This document shows, in pieces, positions 54,661 to 64,000 of a stretch of 64,000 nt of DNA (position 1 is the first letter of the stretch; each line of letters begins with the position of its first letter). Both the position numbers and the translations under genes were made by a program. Below the pieces are notes generated by a model, which ran no database searches, was not told the origin of the DNA, and saw nothing but the letters and a program-made list of their open reading frames with translations. The stretch is from Octopus vulgaris (Eukaryota), in assembly GCA_951406725.2 (NCBI GenBank), contig OX597829.1:38812001-38876000 (forward strand), in the 5' to 3' direction.

Positions 54661-56063
54661 AAGGATGATTTTAACTTTTGCTCAGTTGTGGTTTAGCCCA
54701 GCATATCATTATTAAGAGGATCAATGATCAACAGCATTTTTTCATTTTATTTTCAGTCTAAATACATCTAGGATTAACTTATCCATTGCATCCCTCCTTG
54801 TTACTGTTGTTTAGTCTGAAATCAACTCTGAATAAGAGGATCTATGAAAAAGGATGTTTCAGCCATGACCTAATCTTATTTCTAGACATAATATATCTAG
54901 AACTTCATGATCCCATGTATCTTTCCTTGAGTAAGAAGATAGGCAGTGATTTGAAGATGATTTAGTTTTTATGTCTTGCAAGTCAAATAACCACTTAGAG
55001 ACCCACTCCCACCTTTTTGATTCATTTGCAGTGAGGAACTTGGTCTCTGGCTTTTGTAGTGCAGTCTGTTCATTTCTTGGTATGCTTCCATTTCTGCTGC
55101 TGTTTCTCTTTCCCTGGACTGAGACTTTCTTTTGATTGATCTTGACATTGTAGACAAATTTGACACTTTCCTTCTAGGAATGATTGTATACGTATACAGA
55201 AATACATTGGTGCAGAAGATAGTAAACAATGAAAATAATTGGGTAATGGAAATTATATTTTTTTAATACGGTGGGCAGAAAGTAAATAAGAAATTTTTAC
55301 AGAAAATAAAGAATTGTACGGGTTGAAGCAAAATTTGTCAGTGAACCAAAGAGCCAGTATCAAAGGAACCAGAAAACAGCCATAACAGAAAAACACGAAA
55401 ACCATTGCAAAAGTAAATAAGTATATGAATTTAAGTGAAATTTTTGAAGTTACTTCTGTCAGTAAATTATGTATGAAATTACTTTCATCAGTAATTGTGA
55501 ACTTCTTTCTATCAGTAATTTGTTGTTGCTGTTTGTAAATAGCGATTGAAAACTTACAGTGAAAACAATAGTGATTGAACTTAAAGTGAAAACAAAAGAG
55601 GGTGAGTGAGATATAGAGAGAGGGGGAGAGCTAGCTAGCTAGTTAAACAAATAAGATAGATATAGATAGATAGATATAGCGATAGAGATGGATAGAGAGT
55701 TATAGATAGAGAGATATAGACATAGACATAGATAGAGAGAAAGATGGATAGAGAGATATAAATAGAGAGATATAGATGTCACTGACTTTCAAAGATGTGA
55801 ATCTAATAGCAATATTTTTTTATGACCATTGGATGTAAGGGCAACATTCAGTTTCTGAAAGTTACTTTGCAATGAAACATCCCTTCTCCTCATAACCCAG
55901 GAATGGATGTTTTCTGTCTCCAGGGTGCCCGTTAGTCAGTATGTGAAAAATTTTTAAAGTCTAAAACTATCCCTGGAACATAAGTAATGTATGTTCCCAG
56001 TTTTGAGAAAATCAGTTGAAAAATACTGCCATTATAATCTTTTACACACACACACAGAATAGG

Positions 56064-56115
<52 letters not shown>

Positions 56116-56431
56116 CGGACTTCTTTCAGTTTCCATCTACCAAATCCACTCACAAGGCTTTTGTCGGCCCAAGGCTATAGTAGAAAGCACTAGCCCAAGG
56201 TTCCACGCAAAATGTGTGGTTGGGAAGCAAGCTTCTTACCACACAGCCATGTCTCTGCCTATGTTTATGCATGTGTATGTATATGTGTGTATCATTCTAT
56301 TTTTATTATGCTTTTTATTTTTTATCTTTTACTTGTTTCAGTCATTAGACTACAGTCATCCTGGGGCACCACCTTGAAGAATCTTTAGTCAAATGAATCA
56401 GTGTTTTTTTTCTTAAAGGTACTTATTCGCA

Positions 56432-56668
56432 TAAGGCAGCAAGCTGGCAGAAACGTTAGCACGCCGGGTGAAACACTTAGCAGTATTTCGTCTGCCGCTA
56501 TGTTCTGAGTTCAAATTCCGCAGAGGTCGACTTTGCCTTTCATCCATTCAGGGTCGATTAAATAAGTACCAGTTATGCACTGGGGTCGATATAATCGACT
56601 TAATCCGTTTGTCTGTCCTTGTTTGTCTTCTCTGTGTTTAGCTCCTTGTGGGTAGTAAAGAAATAGGT
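56432..56668 (+). mobile_element. SINE family B
   Basis: Matches the 14982 unit; inserted into a reversed family A tail. Confidence 0.88.
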
Positions 56669-56964
56669 ACTTATTCTGTTTAGTCCAAATAAGTACCAAT
56701 TGTTGAACCGCTAAGTTACAGGGATGTAACACAGTAACATTGGTTGTCAAGCAGTGAGGTGGGACAATGACAGATAGACAGACAGATACACACACACACA
56801 CAAACACACACATATTCTTTCATTTTCTGTTTGGAAGGCTCACAAGGCTATAGTAGAAGACATTTGCCCAAGGTACCACACAGGGAGACTGAACCCAGAA
56901 CCATATGGTTTGGAAGCAGCTATGCCTGTCATCAACACCACCACCACCAACATACTATTCTTGA

Positions 56965-57281
56965 CTAGCTCTATGACCTGGCAACGCCGGGTCATAGTGC
57001 TAGTGCATGCATATACAGCTGTGTGCATGCCCACATACACGCGAGTACTGTCCAAATCTCCGACCAATCACATACAGCTAGCTGGCATTCAATTGGCATA
57101 TCAAGTTTCGGGCATTTTGATTGGGCTTTGGATAGAAAAATGTCAATTCTATTTATTTTATTAATGGCTTTGCAGGGTGACTGGGGAAATGTAAAGATGT
57201 GCATGACCACCCTTGGATGGTTTTAAATGACCATAGAAAGTGCAAGCCCTCTAACTGAAAAATTGTGGATTTGTATAAAGG

Positions 57282-57319
<38 letters not shown>

Positions 57320-57342
57320 TTTGCAATTTATATATAGAGAGA
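56965..57342 (-). mobile_element. Non-autonomous Helitron
   Basis: Minus strand reads A|TCTCTCTATATATAAA...(GT)n...hairpin...CTAG|T. An uninterrupted paralogue of the host repeat is at 61705-61790. Confidence 0.82.
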
Positions 57343-57701
57343 TAAGAATAAAGTTTCTAAAATGGATAGAGAAATTCAAAGAGTTGCTTTGGTTTAATGG
57401 CAGTATGTTACTCATGTCTACATAAGGTATAGGTTCAACTCCAATGAGCAGCCTTTGACCTTCTCTGACAAAAAGGGTTCTTCATCCTAATTTATACATG
57501 CTATTGTATGTGCATCATTCTGTTTTCTTCTTTGTATGTAACACATTATATTGTTTTCCAACTAATCCATGACTAATGGATGATAAATATCTTCTTATAA
57601 ATACCATATTTCATGTATCTTAAATGAGTTGTATATCCAGTAGTTAATGTGGAAACTCTCAGTAACCTCAGTACTACAATAGAGATACATACATACATAT
57701 A

Positions 57702-58006
57702 TGTGGAGGCGCAATGGCCCACTGGTTAGGGCAGCGGACTTGCGGTTGTAGGATCGCAGTTTCGATTCCCAGACCGGGCGTTGTGAGTGTTTATTGAGCG
57801 AAAACACCTAAAGCTCCACGAGGCTCCGATAGGGGGTGGTGGCGGTCCCTGCTGTAGTCTTTCGCCACAACTTTCACTCTTTCTTCTGTTGGCCTACTCG
57901 CTTAGCCAGTGGGGTGGCGTCATTTGAAGGCTAAAACAATGCGAAGTGCATTGTTACCAGCGATGTGTAACAACATCTGATAGCCTGCTCGGTCACAGTG
58001 ATCACA
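57702..58006 (+). mobile_element. SINE family C (tail type 1)
   Basis: tRNA head tggaggcgcaatggccc..tggttagggcagcggact..gtttcgattccc. Confidence 0.9.
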
Positions 58007-58025
58007 TTGACATACATATATATAT

Positions 58026-58505
58026 TAGCTCATGCCACCCGAAACACATCAAAATAAATATCCCATTCAATTTGGCAAAAAGGATTCGCACAATAGTGTC
58101 TGATAGAACTACTCAGGACCTTCGTCTTCAAGACCTCAAAACAATGCTTACTGAAAGACAATATCCACCCTCACTTATAGATGAGGGAATTAAATGTGCC
58201 AAACAATTAGACATAAAAACACTAAAAACAACAAAACATAACACCATACCTCATCTCAAAACACTACTATTTATATCAACATACAACCCCAGAAACAGTG
58301 AGGCATTCAACACTATTGTGCAAAATCTCCCTTTACTAACTAGAGATCCAAAAATGAATGACATCCTGAAAACACACAAACTCATCAAATGCAAAAAACA
58401 AGACAAATCGCTAAAGAGTCTACTAACAAATGCAAAGCTTTACAAAACAACCGTGAAACCAACGGTTAAAAAATGTGGACACCCAAGCTGTGGAACCTGC
58501 CCCAA
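58026..58505 (+). pseudogene. PLE (Neptune-like) fragment: RT thumb and Cys-rich linker, open frame
   Basis: SSCHPKHIKINIPFNLAKRIRTIVSD...ERQYP...FISTYNP...CGHPSCGTCP. Confidence 0.88.
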
Positions 58506-58641
58506 AACCGATTGATATATATTAAAGATTATATTAAAACTATGTAAAGTGTGTGTATTTTCCATTTTTAAATTTCTTTTATATATATTACAACTCACCA
58601 CGTGGGGATATTTGAAATTCCTCCTTTTCTGTTACTACTAC

Positions 58642-58689
<48 letters not shown>

Positions 58690-58970
58690 TATTAATATTA
58701 GAGAAGTTATTTCTGAGTTCACTGGAGAGAGAAGTTCAATTTAGTGGTTCTAAAATGAATTACTCACTGTATTATATACATATAAATAGATTGGTTTAAG
58801 AGACAGAATCACCCTCAAGCTACTCAATCATCATTGAATGACATTATCCACAATAGGTACATATAGGACTAAATGTTAAAATTATCAAAATTAATACCTA
58901 CGATTCTTATTCCAAATTATCAAAATTAATACCTTCAATTCTTATTGCAAATCATATACTTTACATTATT

Positions 58971-59075
58971 TAGACTATGCGCATTTCATGACAACATATT
59001 CCTCGATATTGCTGAAATAGAATGTTTCTATACAATACCATATTAATACAAATATATTGCCAATCTTCAGGTCTA
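58971..59075 (-). ncRNA. Hammerhead motif with long stem II
   Basis: UAGAC-CUGAAGA-uUGGCAAUAUAUU...AAUAUGUUGUCAu-GAAA-UGCGCA-UA-GUCUA; stem III AUGCGCAU is a perfect palindrome. Confidence 0.82.
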
Positions 59076-60018
59076 TCTTATATAAACTTATTTTGCTATT
59101 TACATCGTATATTAAGACATGACAAACTAAAATTATATAACTAGAAGTTGTTGGAATAATTTAACTTTAGTAAATGATGAACAGAAATGTGGAATAAAAG
59201 TAGGAAAAAGAAATGTTAGTAAAGAGAAATGTTAACTTATCTGTATGATAATTTTCTCTCCATGAATTAAACATGGCTACCAGCAATTGTACAATCCAAC
59301 ATTGAGAGCTATTTTGTAGGGGAGATAATTCTTATTAACATGTATTTTCTTAAAATGTATTTTCTATTATTTATAATAATAGTAAATCAGGAGAAGCCAG
59401 AAGTGAGTGTATGATAGGAATAGTCTAATTTTTTTTCTGGTTAATTTAATTTATTTTCATGTTAACTTTGATAAATAATAAATTTCTAGGTCAATTACTC
59501 AACATATAATTAAAAAATTTTTTTAATATTTTGAAATATGTTAAAGTCAGTAAAATTAGTAAAAATCAGTAAAAATCTAATTTTTTATTATTTTTATAAT
59601 TATAATACAATTAATATATATTGATTATACTATTATTCTTAAAATTGATGTTATTCTTAAACTTGAGTTTCTAAATTAAGATTAAAAGTTTAGAATAATA
59701 CCTCCTAATATTATACTATCGATTTTTATTAAGAAACTAAAATATCTGAAATTAGAAGTTAATTAAATATTATCTTACATTTATATATAAATAAGTAGAT
59801 TTATTCTAGTTATACTAAATGATAAAATATTATTATACATTATATCTAATTATTATGATTAAAATTTATTTGATTTAAAATTAGAACACCCACGTTTAAA
59901 TGAGAATGAATATTGCTTCTCAGTATCAATAAATATTACCTCTGTTCCTGATATATATATATATACTGAGAAGAAATCCTACAGAACAGATGTTATTTTA
60001 ACAAGATACATCTTGTGT

Positions 60019-60122
60019 TCACCTGAGGAGACACATCTACATTGATGGATGCACTTAAACCAGATGTTCAGTATCCAACCTGTGAGGGATCAATACTAGG
60101 TGGGTCAAAACAATTGTAGTAA
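60019..60122 (+). ncRNA. Hammerhead motif with G12A change (probably inactive)
   Basis: UCAC-CUGAGGA-GACACAUCUA...UAGGUGGGUC-AAAA-CAAUUG-UA-GUAA; followed by AATAAA and (TA)n. Confidence 0.7.
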
Positions 60123-60182
60123 TCAATAAAGATTCTTGTATCTTCCATCTTCTGTCTCTCTCATTAATCAAATATATATATA

Positions 60183-60935
60183 TGGTCTGATCAATAAGTA
60201 TTCAGTCTATTGCCATAGTAATGAAGCTAAAGCCCACAGAGTGAAGCTGTTTGGCACAGGTTGACCTTGAACTTTGCTGTGTATGTGCACTAAGTTTTAA
60301 CATTCTAGCTCACTTCCACTGTTTACAGCAGTGCTTGGAAGGAAGGTGTGTAGCATGTGATTGTCACATTGACCATGACAAAAAAAAGTTGAGCAGAGGT
60401 CTGCATCAAATTTTGGCAATACCTGCTAAGAGGCCAATACAAAGTTTTCAAAAAGTTTTCTCGTACAACGGAAACTTGAGTGTGGTTTTGGTCAGCTGAA
60501 AGCAGCTTTTGCAGAAAATGAGCAGACACAGGTCTCATACCCAAATCTTCAGGGATAATGGACTGAACTGAACCGTAAATAATTTGCATGTCCTCTGATA
60601 ACTCACAGATGGTGATTTGGCAATTTCCCCTCACAGCTGCACACATATCTGCGATATTTTTCTCAGTTCTGCTGGTTGCAGGTCTCTCAGAATGTTCATC
60701 ATTATCGACAATTTTTTGGCCATCTTGGAAACATCTCAATCACTTATACATTTGTGTGCGGCTCATATACTCCTTACTATATACTTTCTGCAACTTTGCA
60801 TAAGCTTCTGAGCAGGTATCACCATGACAACTTTCTCTATCATGGTCAATATGATGATCACATGTTACACACCTTCCTTCCAAGCACTGCTGTAAACAGC
60901 GGAAGTGAGCTAGAATGTTAAAACTTAGTGTGATT
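60183..60935. mobile_element. Rearranged mariner: two convergent 5' halves
   Basis: 60285-60380 is the inverse of 60838-60932; the minus strand encodes HTH pieces (AYAKLQKVY...MSRTQMY, DEHSERPATS, ITICELSE). Confidence 0.8.
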
Positions 60936-61987
60936 GCATTTATATACATGCATACTATTTGGTCACAGACACACACGCATTCACATGTGCACACACCATC
61001 TGAACAAGCACACATCAACTGCTACACACAACACACACACAATAGGCTCACTCACTACCATTCACACATTCACACTTACACACACCGTTCTCACATACAC
61101 ACACATGCTTACACACTTTAGTTCATTGGGGTCACATTACCTTTACTCCTATTATTATTACTATTATTATCTCCCTTTAATTCAACCTCTTTTTTTCCAG
61201 TCATCTCACCATGTTGGATCGTTGAACTCTGCACCTGTTTTCTCTCTCTGTTTTTTTTTTTCATTCCCTCTCCATTTTTTTTCCTCTTAATCCTTTCTGT
61301 CAAAGAGCATAGGCTTGAAATGTAAAGGACCTTTCAATTTTTCCCAAGCATTAAACTAATACACCTGCTTGTTCCAACACCTGTCTTCATCTTTTGTTTT
61401 CTGTAAATTTATGTATGTATGTATGTTGGTATGTATGTGTGCGTAGGTGTATGCATGTGTGTTTGAAGATGTGTATGATATCCTGGATGCAGTTCGTGTC
61501 TTTCCCTATTGAAAATGGTATGGAGTGATACAAGGAAAATTTATCTACTATTTCTAGCACACTGAATGACTGCATTCAGGTTCCAACTTTGGCTTGAGAA
61601 TGTCCTACTCATTGATGAATCTAGTTTGAGACAGTTTCACTTCTCAGTTGGAACCAATTCATTCTACTCATACCTTACACCTGTAAATCATCCAGGTGTT
61701 CTATGTCTGTCATCAACACTACCATCAACATAACATTCTCCCTTATAAAAATAAGGTTTCTAAAATGGAAGGAAAAATTCAAAGGATTTCTTTGTTCAAA
61801 TGGTTCAAATCCCAGAGACATTGTCTTGAAGGATTTTAGTCAAACAAATTGTATCCCAAAGGTTTTTTTTAAATCCAGCATTTACAGGTTATTAGTGAAG
61901 ATCCACTGTTGCAGAAAGAAATTATTTCATGTCCTCTGAAAGTTTCTAATATTCTTATTGTTTCAGTATATATGTATATATATAAAT

Positions 61988-62290
61988 CATCATTATTTAA
62001 CAACCTTCTTCCATGCTGGCATGGATTGGACAGTTTGATTGGAGCTGTCCAGGCAGAAGACTGCACCATACTTCTGTGTCTGTTTTGACAAGGTTTTTAC
62101 AGCTGGATGCCTTTCCTAACACCAACAACTCTGCAGAGTGGACTGATTGCTTTTTACATGGTACCAGTACAGGTAAGGTAAGTTTTGGCATGGTTTTTAC
62201 ACTTCGGTGTGGACTGGATGTTTTTTGTGCAGCACCAGCACTGGCAGGCTCACCAAGTAACTTACAAGACAAGGAATCTTTGAGAGGTGA
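61988..62290 (-). mobile_element. Old RTE 3'-UTR-like copy
   Basis: Diverged match to 18640-18810. Confidence 0.7.
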
Positions 62291-62635
62291 AGGGGCATTG
62301 GAGGAGGTGATCTTGTGTCAGATGATGAAAGGTTAGAGTGTGATAGAGAGACAGAGAGGCAGAAACAGGTGCTTTCTTTTTCATTATAATTATTATTATT
62401 ATTATTATTTAAAAAAATTATCTTAGTTGCTCAATACTTGACAAGCAATATATGTTTCATTATTATTATTTAAAATGCTGTGACATTCATTTCTAGTATT
62501 CTGTAAGAACATGTTTGGCCATACCAAGAATTAGTTAAGGGTTGGCAAAAGGAAGAGCATCGAATAATCTATGTCTGACCCATGCAAGCATGAAAAAATA
62601 TGATCATTAGGTGATGATGAATGAACGATATATAT

Positions 62636-62809
62636 GTGTGTGGTAAGAAGTTTGCTTCCCATTCACATGGTTCTGGGTTCAATCTCACTACATGGCACTT
62701 TGGGCAAGTATCTTCTACATAGCCTTGGGTTGACCAAAGCCTTGTGAATAGATTCAGTAGAGAGAAACTGAAAGAAGCCTAACGTATATACGTGTGTGTG
62801 TTTGTGTTT

Positions 62810-62846
<37 letters not shown>

Positions 62847-63050
62847 TGTGTGTCCCACCACAGATTGACAACCAGTGTTGGTGTGTTTACATTACTGTGA
62901 CTTAGTGGTTTGGCAAAAGAGACTGATAAAATAAGTATCAAGCTTAAAAAAAGACAAATACTGGAGTTGATTCATTTTACTAAAAATTCTTCAAAGCAGT
63001 GCCCCAGCATGGCCACAGTCAAATGACTGAAACAAGTAAAAGAATGAAAG
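62636..63050 (+). mobile_element. SINE family A, diverged
   Basis: Matches the family A body and tail. Confidence 0.8.
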
Positions 63051-63279
63051 ATATATATATATATATATATATATATGAGTAGCAGCAGCAGCATTACTTT
63101 AATATCTACATTTCCATGATTACATGGGTTTGACAAGAGTCGATTGAGGCAGAGTTTTTCTATTGCTGGATGTCCTTCCTTTGCCAACCCTGATTTGTTT
63201 CACGTAAATTTAATCATTTCTCAGTCTATTTAGCAACTAACAGCCAGGACACGTTTTATGAGTGAAAGTGAAAACATCA

Positions 63280-63660
63280 ATTCTGTTGTGTCTGGGGAGA
63301 GTCATTCTCTTTTTGTGCCTTATTATGTAACACACTCACTGGCAACATTTCCACTTTTTTCTTATTTTTATTGTCCTTAAATTTTCGTTGCATCTTGCAA
63401 CCTTTTCAATAGTTTTGACTCTCTTCTTTATATGAGTTTGTGTGTTGAAGCATATTCTATTGTGTCTGGGAAGAGTCATTTTCTTTTTGTGCCTTATTAT
63501 GTAACACACTCACTGGCAACATTTCCACTTTTTTCTTATTTTTATTGTCCTAAAATTTTCGTTGCGTCTTGCAACCTTTACAATAGTTTATACCCGTGAG
63601 TGTGTTACATAATAAGGCACAAAAAGAAAATGACTCTCCCGAGACACAATAGAATATGCA
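63280..63660. mobile_element. PLE-type terminal repeat cluster: two direct copies and one inverted partial copy
   Basis: 63280-63415 ~ 63455-63589; 63596-63659 is the inverse of 63450-63513; gtgtgttgaa...gtcat resembles 22443-22485. Confidence 0.6.
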
Positions 63661-64000
63661 AAACCAATAATTCATTATTACAAATTAGCCACAAATTTTA
63701 CAAAAGACAGCTGATGGTAACTTAGAATTTGAACTTGGAATATCAAATTAAGTCATTAGACAAAGAATGCTTTAAGGTATTTTAAATGTTTTTGTTTTTT
63801 TTCTTAATGTACTAAAGTTAAAATCCTATAAAAGAATTCTTTCTTTTTCATTTCATACCTTTGCTACTGCTGGCTACTTCAACATCTCAGGGTCAAGAAA
63901 ATAAGTACACACACACACATACACATATGTATGCGAAGGGCCACTTTCAGTTTCTGTCGACCAAATTCACTCACAAGGCTTTGGTCAGCCTGCAGCTATA

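Noticed and set aside
55040-55200. Possible minus-strand exon (EGKCQICLQCQDQSKES...)
   Set aside because: Only a weak acceptor, no recognisable domain and no partner exons

Overview
AT-rich eukaryotic intergenic or intronic DNA. The SINE, LINE and microsatellite repertoire points to an octopus or related coleoid cephalopod; this is an inference and no database was searched. I found no convincing host protein-coding gene, and most listed ORFs are microsatellite artefacts. The window is a nested mosaic of RTE, CR1 and R4/Dong-like LINE remnants, Penelope-like element (PLE) remnants, mariner and hAT transposase pseudogenes, MITEs, non-autonomous Helitrons, two solo LTRs, four tRNA-derived SINE head types and a 1.5 kb degenerate (CCCTAA)n array. 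The main hidden signal is about a dozen minimal type-I hammerhead-ribozyme motifs from several unrelated sequence families, all folded by eye. Each has a different but self-complementary stem III. Most sit in short ORF-less PLE-terminus-like units that abut (TA)n tracts and often form fold-back palindromes. Some have atypical cores (CCGANGA, CUGUUGA).
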